From Bipalium vagum (lineage: Eukaryota), in NCBI GenBank assembly GCA_037834085.1, contig JBBMKC010216135.1, forward strand, positions 1 through 34,537: a stretch of 34,537 bases of DNA, in the 5' to 3' direction. This document shows positions 10,301 through 21,316 of the stretch, piece after piece (the stretch's first letter is position 1; each line of letters begins with the position of its first letter). The notes under the pieces are model-generated. The model did no database searches, had not been told where the DNA came from, and saw only the letters and a program-made list of their open reading frames with translations. Made by a program: the position numbers and the translations under genes.

Positions 10301-13300
10301 AAAAAGGTCATCTTAATATTGTCACGTTCTTCGATGAAAAGGGTTGTGACATCAAATCTTTTGACAAAGTGATTGGTTTATTGTAAATAATTTGTTTTCA
10401 ACATGAATGCAGTGGGGAAGGAGACCCATCAGTTTGGCTGCAGAAAACGGTCATATTGATATTGTCAAGTTTCTTTTCAACAAGAGTTCTGATAACGAAG
10501 TTTGTGACAAGGTTACTCGGCTTGCTCTGAAAATATATTCTTTAAATGTCGAAAATAGTTTTATTCTCATCCCATTCACTTAGCAGCAGAAAATGGTCAC
10601 CTTAATGCTGTCAAGTTCTTGATTGAGAAAGGCTGTAACATGGAGGCTTGTGATTTGGTTATTTATTTATTTGCACTAAATAATTTATAAAAAAGAAATT
10701 CAGTTCAATAAGACATCAATTCACTTAGCAGCAGAAAAAGGTTATCTAAATGTTAACGAGTTCTTGGTTGACAAGGGGTGTGACATGGAGGCTCGTGATT
10801 CGGTTATTGATTTATTGGCTCTAAATAGTTTATAAAAAAGAAATTCAGGATAATAAGAGACCAATTCACTTAGCAGTCGAAAATAATCATCTTGGTGTTG
10901 TTGAGTTCTTGATTGATAAGGGCTGTGACATGGAGGCTTGTGACAAAGTTGATTAATGTCAATCAAATAAAGTATAAAATGTATGTAGGATAACTGTCGA
11001 CCTATTTATTTGGCTGTGAAGGGAGGTCATGTTGACATAGTCAAGGTCTTATTGAGCAAAAATATTGATATTGATTATGCTGTGCAAGTAACGATTTATT
11101 TCATTTGAATAACAATAATAATAATACATGTATTTAGGGTAACTGGAATCTTGTTAATATTGCTAGCCTTAATGGTCACGGCGCTGTAGTTAAATGTTTA
11201 CTAGAACATGGTTGCAAGTGTGACGCCCTTGACGAGGTATTATTTCGCTCAAAATTTCAAGTTCAATTAAAATTCTTCAGTGGTGAAACTAATGTTCCTA
11301 TTTGAATAATAGTCTTTTCTCCTTTTAGCACTGCGAATTAAGACTAATAATAATGAATGTTGGTGAGTAATGGGGTTGATCGAAGCTAGTTCAACTAATG
11401 AGACCTATAAAATCAATACTAGCAAAAGACCAAGGATGAAACCAATGAATTAAAAGTTACTATTTTTAGATTGTTAGAGTTCTTGAAGTATGGAGAGGCT
11501 GCATTAATTGAGGTCTAAAACTAAACTAAGCAGCAACGTTGGCTGTACTTGTAATAAAGGTGCAGTAACAGGTCATGTAATCACATATCCGATATAGGTT
11601 TTCGCATGCTTAGAAGTGGTATTTGTTTAAATAAACTCTGAGAAAGCGCGAAAAATGAATATGTCATAATTACATTTCAGAAATGAACTGTCTTTCTTAC
11701 GCGACAATTAGTACGAGGGGACGGACATCGAATGTTGGAGTAAATATATTCTGAAGAGGTTCGTGGGTCTTCAAAGTGCAAATTTTGGCTTATCTGATTT
11801 GAGTGATTAGGAGGGATAAGGTCAGCCATAAAGTGTGGCTGATGCTCTAAATTGGATGCTCACTTGGATTCATTCCAAAGAAAAATCGATTGATAGCTGA
11901 CCGGTTTTTTTAACAGAGCTGGAATGTTCTGCAAATTAATTAAAAGCACGAGGTCCAAGAATGAAACACAAACATTATGTTCGATGGAATACTGCTGCCT
12001 ATGTAGATATAGGGTGTCATTAGTCCTGTGTCCACTCTATGGTGCTGAGGTGATCCTTCGTCTGGTTTGCGGTATTGTCAGGGTTTTGTCGGGGCCTTTT
12101 CTAATATTATTTTTCAGTCTCTTTTATAAATGAATGAAACTAACTATTTTCAGGAAGACCGGAAAGCATTGGTGAATTCTTCTGACGACGGTTTCATTCG
12201 AGAACTTTTGTTCAAGTTAAATTGTAAGGGTTAATGCTTTTCTCGTTTTACAGAGTGATTCCTTAATACATGTCGCATTGTGCATTATGAATTATATAAT
12301 TATGTCACTGACCGAATGAAAGTATTTCATACATTATCGCGCATCATACCTTTAACCAATTATCAATTATCACTTATTCTAACTGATATTATGGGGCACA
12401 AGTTGAACAGGAAATTAAATGATCTCAGGAAAAGCGCTCAAGAAAGACGATAAATGTCGTCACGGTGAGAGGTTTGAAAATAGCGGTATGAACATTTCAT
12501 CAACCTTGTCTTTCTCACACTGATCAGTCCAAGACAGTATAGATAGATTCTTTGACAGCGAAGAAAGGCGGGACGGTTGTTTTCCTTCGAAGACGGAAAG
12601 AAAATGGAATGATTTGGATCATCGCTCCACGGGGTTCTACAGTGACAAGAGAGAGTATATTGACAAGTCTGTTAAGAGAGAATTTTTTTAATTATGCCTG
12701 TAAAGTGCATTCAGTTAAACCAGGCATGTCCAACCTACTTCTCGCGGGCCGCATTGTGGCCCACTTATTGTGTAAATGCGGCCCAGTATCGACTCATTTT
12801 GGACCTATTTACGCATTATCATATATTCTGGTAATTTTAGGGCCTATTTAAATATTTAGGTTTGCAATGCGACCCATTAAATCAAAAGGTTGGACATCCC
12901 TGATTTAAACAAATCCAATCCACATTCATCCGTGCGAGTATGTATTAAGGAAAATCTCTGCACTGTGACTTTTATTATTTTCGTTACAGTTTCTTTAATG
13001 TTTGTTCCCCTTTTATTTTATACCACTTTTCAAATGTCATTTGAAGTCTTTGACTTCTTCTTTCTCAGCCTCGGTCCAGGCAGCGTTTGAATCAAAAGAG
13101 AAGGTTGGTCAAGGAGGTTATGGAGTGGTTTACAAAAATAAAGACTTTGATGAAAACTTCGTGGTGAAGAAAATACAACACAAACGGATTCCTAATTACG
13201 AGAAAAGTATTGAACTAAACTTGGGCAAATACAGGAAGCTTCTCTACCACGAGAACATCATTGAGTTCATTGGGGAGAAATGGGGCGAAAAGAGGTCTTT

Positions 13301-14829
13301 TGTATTGATGAGATATGCTTCAGGGGTGAGAATCTTAAATTTTATTATCATTATTATTTCCCATAATAATCAAAAAAATAATAATAAAAAAGTTGAAATA
13401 TTATTTTAAAATGATGAAATTGGAATGATAATTTCTCTTACCATTATTTAGGGGTCTCTGGATAAGTTATTGGAATATGGAGCACTGGACCACCGGACGA
13501 TTATGTTGTATAACAAAGGAATTCTTGAAGGATTGAAATTTCTTCATGCCAATGGAATCATCCACCGGGATATCAAACGTAATTGATTTGGTAAATATAC
13601 TCAAGACCAAAGACCGTTCAGAGAGGCAAAGACGATAACATTTTGGTTTGTCTCTTGACCAATTGGAACATGTTAAAAAATTTCATGAACTTTCCAAACC
13701 AAACCCTTTCAGAGAACTGTAATATCTTCCGGTTCTCCTTGACACTTTCGACAGTAGAACAAAGTTGAAGAGAAACACAAACCAAAATGTTCGCCTTTCT
13801 CAATGGTGCTCATTTGGTCGAGTCAATTCCAATTTTCGACAGAGAAATAATTTGTTTTAATTTTCAAAGCTGAAAATATTTTGCTCGATGATCGCGACAG
13901 GGTGAAGTTGTGCGACTTTGGACTTGGTCGAGTATTTACAGGTCCTGGTGCCTGTTCGGAAGATAATAACGATGAACTCTCTGAGCCAGGACCTTCCAAT
14001 GCTATGGTTTCCTATAAAACGTCCACTGAGGGTACTCATGCTTATCTTGCTCCAGAGGTGATCGTTGACGCCTGTTATTACTTTTCTTCGGACATTTGGT
14101 CGTTCGGGGCCACAAATGTAGCAATGTTGACAGGTCGGTTTACAGATCCATCCTTTCATTACTTAAAGTCATGTTTAACTATCTCTATTATTAGTGCTTG
14201 CGCTGCTGGGACCATTTGTGGAATCTGGCACTCGATAAAGGAACCAAACCAAAAATACATTCATTTTTCTGAAATAATCTCCTTTAAAGGCAACATACTT
14301 TTGTCCCATGGAACCACCAGCTCTCGAAGAGTCTTTCCATTATGCAGTTGGCACTTTACGTACCAATACCAGCTTGACTTTTACTTTTCCTCGTCCAAGT
14401 GACGAAAAGCGCTGAAGTCGTCATTTCATTTTAAAGGTTTGGAACAAAAAGAAGTGCAAAGGAGATAAGTCTGGTTGATGCGTGTTCAGTGTCATTAATT
14501 ATGCCGCTCGGGTCCACAATAATGGAATCCCACACATTATTATTATCTTTATTATTATTATTATTATTATTTGCATCTTCTATGAAAAGTATCTTTAATT
14601 AAATTTTTTTGTTTGGTTAGGGAAACGTCCTTATTATGATGAGCATGGGGAACCTGCCCTTAAGATCGGAACTAAAAAGAAAATCGACTTTATGCCTTTG
14701 AAACCAATGTCAAAGAACTTGAAGCATCTTTTAGAGAAAGCTCTTACTCCGGACCCAAAACTTCGAAGTTCTGCCGATGAGCTCCTTCGATGGATACGTT
14801 CAAAGGAGCCATATTTTGATGAGTTCTGA
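4359..14829 (+). CDS. Copy A: predicted multi-exon ankyrin-repeat protein kinase (~39 ANK repeats plus C-terminal Ser/Thr kinase, roughly 1600 aa if all exons are joined)
   Basis: Candidate first exon ATG 4359-4385 (MTTLTQSKK|GTAAG) is tentative. The last ANK exon ends in phase 0 at 11236. It can join the phase-0 linker exon 12154-12223 directly, or via small exons 11329-11362 and 11478-11512, and so reach the kinase in frame. The fusion is inferred from phase compatibility and the same arrangement in copy B. The nearer acceptor at 11280 gives TGG TGA (ANK-only product). Confidence 0.6.
4584..11236 (+). CDS. Copy A ankyrin array: 39 phase-0 exons, one ANK repeat each
   Basis: Exon starts: 4584, 4734, 4878, 5020, 5162, 5305, 5453, 5598, 5745, 5887, 6034, 6176, 6323, 6466, 6609, 6752, 6894 (96 nt), 7036, 7188, 7332, 7477, 7620, 7764 (96 nt), 7905, 8054, 8198, [1.1-kb intron with mariner], 9405, 9550, 9695 (102 nt), 9839, 9984, 10127, 10270, 10413, 10559, 10704, 10849, 10989, 11138. 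All others are 99 nt. All are stop-free and AG/GT-bounded, except a GA donor at 7135. Consensus xxxRPIHLAAExGHLDIVKFLFEKGCDIEACDx is a canonical ankyrin repeat. Confidence 0.95.
8331..9374 (+). mobile_element. Decayed mariner element in the intron between ANK exons 26 and 27
   Basis: TA-flanked imperfect TIRs: TA|TGTTGGAACAAAAATAATGACCGTTTT and AAAACGGTCACTTTATTTGCGCCCACCCACT|TA. Transposase remnants F(P)DRIITFN (~8818) and LLHDNARP (9014-9037). Confidence 0.85.
12154..14829 (+). CDS. Copy A linker plus Ser/Thr protein kinase domain (STE/MAP3K-like appearance)
   Basis: Exons 12154-12223, 13069-13325, 13452-13578, 13870-14133 and 14621-14829 splice in frame. Motifs: [90 protein letters not shown], ending ...YFDEF-TGA. 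All catalytic motifs are intact. The subfamily call is by eye only. Confidence 0.93.
12721..12902. mobile_element. Non-autonomous hAT-type MITE (182 bp) in a copy A intron
   Basis: TIRs CAGGCATGTCCAACCT / AGGTTGGACATCCCTG (15/16 match). 8-bp TSD AGTTAAAC / ATTTAAAC (7/8). Absent from the equivalent intron of copy B. Confidence 0.88.
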
Positions 14830-15451
14830 CAATTTTCAAAAACCTTTGTCATTTCAGCTGATTTAAACAAGACAATAATAAAAAATATTATTATTTTCAT
14901 TTAATATTAAAAGTCATTGATCCAAGAGGTTGGGTTGCGACTCTCATAACAATAATAATGATAATAATAATAATGAAAGATATTTATAAGCACAGACTTT
15001 TTCCTTTCAGTGCTGAAAGGATTTAATTATTTAAGTGTTTAGTTCAACGTTTAATGCGAGATCTAATCTGGAAAATATAAATGCTAACACTATTAATATA
15101 GGTTAGATATGGGCTTATCAACTTCAAAGGTCGTGTAACAAATGAGTGTTCTAAGATCCGAACTAATTGTAACTAAAATCAACTGAGATAACACGGTTTT
15201 ATTACAAAAATATATTTTCAAAACAATGCAACTCTTTCTGATAATAATATCTATCAGTTAATTAATTAATGTTTTCTTGGTTTTATGATAACCGAAGAAG
15301 CCCTCGTGTCAAAAAAACGTATTCTGGCTAGAGTGAAACAGAATCGATTTTCTAAGAGAACAAAACCCGAAATAATAAAAAGAACTTATGCAGAGTATTT
15401 GCTCTGAATGCGTGGATCGTTATTTAATTATTTAAATTTTTCTCAAAAGAG

Positions 15452-15455
<4 letters not shown>

Positions 15456-15525
<70 letters not shown>
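15456..15525. repeat. Compound (AT)n(GT)n microsatellite
   Basis: Seen directly. Confidence 0.97.
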
Positions 15526-15742
15526 TCTTAAATAGCCGAAGCGATGTAATTTAACCTTAATAGTAGCGTTAACTTGTCGATGCAAAGTTAAAGTGCGAAT
15601 TGAATGTGAAAACCAAGATTTTATATACTCTTGATTTTTACATTCCTGATCTCTTGATTGGTTAAAAATAAAATTTCCATTAATAGAATAATATATGGGT
15701 TTTGCTAATTTAGGAAAGTTCTATTTAGTTCTATTTAGGAAA

Positions 15743-16967
15743 GTCGGTATCAGTACTATCCTTTATGAGAACTAATCAATATATATTATAGAACTTACTA
15801 AATATATCCACCAACATATTAATATTCACTCATATTAGCGTATTTATAGTAAGTTTCATTTTTTGAGTCATGCTTATTAATTTTAAATTTTAAATTCTGT
15901 TGGTTTAGTTTTAATTAACATCAACCCACAATTTATATTATTATTATTATTATAGTTATTTATTTTAATTAAAACAAATTTATAATTTAAATATTATTAT
16001 TTTTTATAAAATAACATAAAATTAACAAGGAGTCGATAATAAAAGGAAAGTAAGCCTAACAAGGCTTTTTAATGCAAATTCTGAAAAATTAATAAATTTT
16101 TACATGTCAATAATGAACTGTGGGGAATCACTGTCCATCAGCTCTTGGTTGGTTTGTTGTGGTTCCGGCTCTTTTGTGATCTCTGTTTTCGAATTGTTTA
16201 TGGGTGCAGCGGTTGCTGAGACCTCTTTTTCTTTAGATCCTAACAATTATTAATCAATAATAATGACAGCTGAAATAGTTGAAACAGGTTCTGGATAAGT
16301 ACCAACAGTCCGTAATTCTTGTGGAGACCATATTCATTTGAAAATTATCGTTAGAGGCGTTGAGTATTTTCTCCATAGTTCATTTTTCCCGACATGAATC
16401 TCACAGTTAATCATCACGAAGGAATTCCGTAGTTAACGCTGAGATGAGTATAAAGAAGGGCTTTAAAAGAAACAGATAGGACATCTCTTTTAAAGCCAGA
16501 AAGTCAAGACTGCATTCATCAGTGGAGTCATTGATGCTGTGTCTCTACAAAACATATCCCTATGTGCCATTAAAGTGACTCGATCAAGTACTGACATGGT
16601 TGACCTAGTTTCAGATGACAGACCTATATATATTTAAATTTATTAAGATAATTTTTGTAACTTGACCTAGTTTTACCCAATTGACATATTTGAACGAATG
16701 GGTTACCTTTTCAACGAGGTCATACCACTTAACAAAATAGTGAACAATCCCTATCATCATATCCCATCGTGTTAACTCCTTCAATTTATGATATTGATAA
16801 GGGCCTTCCGTGTGGATATAAAGTGTCGAGGTATGCATTTTGGATGGTTGCTTATGTGAGTGAGAAGGTGGTCGAAATCTCCGTGTCTGTTCATTGATCT
16901 TATGAGAAGGTTATGTCAATTGGAAGGTGTCGGTATCAGTACTATCCTTTATGAGAACTAATCAATA
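15743..16967. repeat. Exact 39-bp direct repeat at 15743-15781 and 16929-16967
   Basis: GTCGGTATCAGTACTATCCTTTATGAGAACTAATCAATA occurs twice, 1186 bp apart. Confidence 0.9.
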
Positions 16968-19214
16968 ATTTTAGTAATGACATTATAAGTCAATTTTGAA
17001 AAACTCAAAACCTAATTATGGAATAAAAAGTACATTGAAGATTCAGAAATAACTGTCTACCAGTCAAATGTGGAGATTTCTTCTCTGTAGCACGGAACAC
17101 GAAATTTAATATTTAAGCAGGACTATGTGAGGGCAAACGTGGTTTAGATTGTATAACCGCATCGTCAAATGGCTGCCAACCAGAAAAGGGAAATATGTGG
17201 AAATTAAAACTACTATAAAGAAAGGGGTAAGTTCTATTTCCAAATGGAAAAGCAATATTCAATTTACGTAACTAACAATAATGAAAAGTTCTCATGACTT
17301 CCTCAGGCATCCATTATGTGTATCTGCGGAAAAGTGTTTATTTCATTATTATCAATGCGTCGTTCATTATCAAGAGGCCTCCACGCAATATATTTAAATA
17401 TGATAAAACTTTTTTACTCATTTTTTAATCATGATATTTTTTTTATATACGTTGTACACTTAGAATCAATGTATTTTATATTTATCATAATGGTGGTGGG
17501 ATAATAAACTTCAAGTTAGAAGTTTTAAATTTTTATGTTATAAGAAATAAAAGAATTTATGTAAAAGTCGATTTTCATTAGTAATCTCATTTTAATTTGT
17601 TCCTTTATCATATTTTAAAACTGATTTTAAAATTGAAAATTAATTCTTCATTACTAGTTAAATGGATTCTTTATCTTCTAATGAAGAAAATTTGGATACC
17701 TTAACAAATTTCCCTGAAGATAATAAGAAAGAGAAGGTGTCTGATAATTGTGAGTTTAAACCTTTATCAGATTTAAATGACCTGAACAATTATACTAATA
17801 TTAGTCCAGCTGAGAACAGTTTTATATTATCAAAGAATACTAATACTAGAATTTTCAAAAGATTCTATAAATTTCACTGAAACCAAGGATGAAATTTTAG
17901 TTAAAGATTCCGGTGTTATAAGTGAACAGGAAATGAAAATTAATTTACTAATTTATGGCAAATTTAGTAGATTTTAAAAATTTTCTAAATTATTTAAATA
18001 GTTACACAATAATCTATTTAGAATAGATAAACAAAAATGACCCTGGGGGTATGACAACGGAATTTTAACCCGTCATTTAAATATATATTTATTTATGTTT
18101 TATTTTTAGAATAGAATCGAAAGGAGAAAATATATGAAACCCAATTCATAATTTAAATTTGGATCTAATATTATAACGGAGTTTGGAATTTGAGAATAAT
18201 ATCTGATTTTTCCTTTTTATAAAAGAAGATGTTCAATAGTTTTGTGATAAAATATTTACGGAATGTTGTATTGATTCTTCCAGTTTTATATTTAATAAAT
18301 GATTTTAGAAATAAATAAAAAACAAAACAAAGGTTTTCGGTAATGGGATGAAGACACCATTTAGGCATTAGTTAATTGAAATTTATTTTATTATTAATTT
18401 AATTTCTTACGGGTGGGACTGGGTGATAATTTTATGAAATTAAAATTGCAAATTTTACATTTTCGTGGGTGTCAGCTGCATTTATGAATAATTTGAAAAA
18501 TGAAACAAAATTATACCATTGAAAAAATAAAAAATAACTGAAAACAATAAAAAGATTGAAAAAGATTTTTGGATATTGGTCTCAATACGCCATTTCTTCA
18601 GTACTTATAACGCTAAGAAGATAGGCACCACTTACAATGGCGAAAAATCGACGAGATCAATCGTCCATGGTATCCAACGTGTTAAAAGAAAAACAAAATT
18701 TGACAATGGAGAATTTTTCTAACAATTTAATCGTGTGATTTCTGTTCCGGTAAAGCCATTTTTTGCTTTGACACACTACTTTACTTAAATGAGTCTCTTG
18801 GACTGTTTACTGTTATTCATTTAAGCGAAATTAGCTTGAGATTTATAGTGATCAAAACTTTGCTTATAATGTATCAGAAGGTGATCAAATAAAAAGAAGA
18901 AAGAATTCTGAAGAAGCACGATATCCAAGGGAGTGGTTCTTACAACGGTATATTCGGAGATAAATATCTCTGGATAAACAATTACGTTTTCAATCTATTC
19001 GCAACTGAAATATAAGTAAGATTCAATTCCTGTTCAGTCCATACAACTTGTAACATTGTCAGATGAAATATCAGCAGGTTGTCCTGGGGATGGCTCTAAA
19101 CAGGATATTACGTTTTTATTTCAAAATTATACAAGTATATTGGTTTTAATCTTGTGAACATCATTAATTATTTTTTAAATAAAAAGCAAAATTTTCTGCA
19201 CACATTATCATGAT

Positions 19215-20300
19215 ACATGTTTCGAACTACAATCAGAACATCATCGGCCATTTCTATTTAAAACAACACATTTAAGTACCTCAATGAAAGTCTGATTGGT
19301 TTCAATTTAAATATTTTGTAAAAATCTGAATGGTCGAAATTATTATTATTTTCTTTTATTTAAAAATAATATTTTTAATTAATCCGAGAATACATTGACA
19401 ATCCACTGGCCTTTACTCTCTCCTGTTGCCGCTCTTTTATTAATAACGATTCGCATATCAAAATTATTCATAATTACTCGAAATTCTTCAGCGCCAACTT
19501 TGCCGGTTCGCACAACATAGTGAATGATCTGAAACTTTACTGGTTCTGCTTAATTGCGAATGTTCACTAATACCTGTTTTGAGGTGACGCTGTGTTTCTC
19601 TTATATATAGTCTGTTACACCAAATGTCATTTAAATTGCTAAACGATATTAGCTTGCATTATTGCGGGTGTTGGTGTTCTAATTTTTAAATAACTTTTCG
19701 TATTTGCTATCATTGAAATTACTTTTAGATCTTCAAGCTCAACAGTTATTTTATATTATGTTCTTGAATGTTCTAAACTCTTTTGAAAATGGTATTTTAA
19801 GTTGGTTCTTTAACTCATCTTTTCTATTTTCACTATTCTTTCTACTTTTTTTCTTTTTCGATTATTGATTTCTATTTCCTATATTTGTCTCTTTTTAAAA
19901 TATATTGGTCTTTAATTTATTATTTGCTTTCTCTTTTATAATAATAACATCTATCTAGAAATGTCAGTTATTCATTTCTTTCTGTCTTCATCGTGAAATT
20001 AACATTTCCATGTAGACTGTTCATGTATTTTAGAAAGCGGATAATTTTTTTATATATTTTATTCCAAAATATTTTCTTTACGTTGTCATTATTAAATGAA
20101 ATATGGATAGCTGGACTTCTTCACAATTTCAGAGTTGTAATTTCGCCCAATTCATTCGTTGGTCTAAAGTGGGCAGAGGTCCTTGCTGTCAATGGAAAAT
20201 ATTTTCACTAAATGTTTTTAAATAAAATTTTATTCCTCTTTTTGACTAAAAACAATCGGGGGCATGCTTCTAAACCTCATATTTGTAAAGATGATAAGTT
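19215..20300 (-). mobile_element. Decayed Penelope-like retroelement (RT plus GIY-YIG endonuclease)
   Basis: Minus-strand translation gives an RT C-terminal motif FLKYMNSLHGNVNFTMKTERNE*LTFLD (~20036-19953). GIY-YIG motifs follow: ANIV*QFK...YIRETQRHLKTGISEH...SKVSDHSLCC (~19650-19513) and CESLLIKE (~19456-19433). A hammerhead-like remnant lies downstream. Confidence 0.85.
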
Positions 20301-20724
20301 ATACGTCAAGCAGTTATTTATTCAATCATTAAAGCACTTTCATTAAAAAATGTTATAGATTCATTAATGTTATTTCTTATTTACAGGGTTTTTGAATCAA
20401 TAAAATAATTTTGTCAATCAGTTAAATAATCTCATCGATCAATTAAGTGGTGGTCTGGACCAAGACGTTGCATTTATTTAAAAGTTCAAACTCCTTTATG
20501 ACAAGTCTATGTAACTTTATTTATCATATTGTTTCTCAACACTTCATTTATGTGACTTAGCAGGGCACGTTGTACTCGATTTCCTCTTTAAATGATTATA
20601 ATCTTTCTCATCCGTGATCACCTTTCACTCTTTGTGGATGTCTGTCATCACGTTCCATGGACGCACCTTTGAACTAATACATAAATATTGTAGAAATGAA
20701 AGGTTAAACACAACACCCAAGCCC

Positions 20725-20985
20725 CAATATCAAATTTTGAATACTAAATTTCAAATAAACATAATTTGCTTTTGATTTTTTTGAATGTCGAATACCAAAT
20801 GGCGAATATCGAATAAACCCAAATTGATTTTGATTTTTTTCCAATTTTATGATTTATTGAATATCGAATACTAAATATCAATAAACCCAATTTCGTGTTT
20901 CTTGTTTTTCCAATTTTATCAATACCGAATGTTATATACTGCAATACCACAATATCGAAAACCGAATATCAAACATTGAATACCA
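20725..20985. repeat. Degenerate tandem array of AATA(C/T)C(G/A)AA(T) units with longer ~70-bp periodicity
   Basis: Repeated aataccaaat / aatatcgaat / aataccgaat, and two copies of aataaacccaa...tttttccaattttat. Confidence 0.7.
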
Positions 20986-21316
20986 ACGTACCACTTCATT
21001 TCTACACTACTGAAGTAGTTTCAGGTAATAATATATGTTAAGTTCCCAGAAAGTGAGCGATTTTAAATGGGTTAAGAAAATCGAAAGCTGGAATTTTAGG
21101 TTACTTAACAAAATACTTAATATCAGAAGGGTTTCAACGCTGTAAAAATATGCAAGAAGAATTAAAATTAAATGATATTCATACAAAACACAGAGAATTT
21201 ACGCAAAAAGTATTAAAAATAGAGAAAAAAGAAAATATATATAAATAGGAATATTTTTATTTGTGAAAAAATGAAAGCTAAAATAAGAAATAACAAAAAA
21301 GCATAGCGATCTATGT

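Noticed and set aside
5375-10966. Short ORF-track entries as separate small ankyrin genes or antisense genes
   Set aside because: They are single exons read through into introns, or off-frame/antisense shadows of the array. The same applies at 31170-33237.
4584-11236. CRISPR-like or non-coding satellite reading of the ~144-bp periodic array
   Set aside because: The conserved parts are stop-free 99-nt ankyrin-coding units with codon-type variation, bounded by AG/GT. The spacers are introns. No cas genes, and the context is eukaryotic.
11690-11900. Reassigned genetic code (TAA/TAG as sense), suggested by TAA opposite CAA twice between paralogs and TAG opposite GAG at the kinase end
   Set aside because: No in-frame TAA/TAG was found in the ANK exons I translated or inside the kinase exons, and Gln is CAA/CAG despite the AT richness. 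Ordinary substitution in a decayed segment explains it.
11924-12133. Cys-rich 69-aa ORF with several synonymous-looking differences in copy B
   Set aside because: No recognisable domain, the start Met is not conserved (AAG in copy B) and the frames diverge near the end. It cannot be separated from paralogous intron similarity, though it is not fully excluded as an exon.
14134-14402. Kinase ORF continuing past MLTG (RFTDPSFHYLK...)
   Set aside because: No kinase subdomain X-XI motifs. Splicing 14133>14621 restores GKRPY and the conserved Arg in both copies, so this is intron read-through.
17316-19100. Short ORFs such as 17662-17880 as host genes
   Set aside because: No motifs or consistent splice structure could be built. 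Likely unclassified TE debris.
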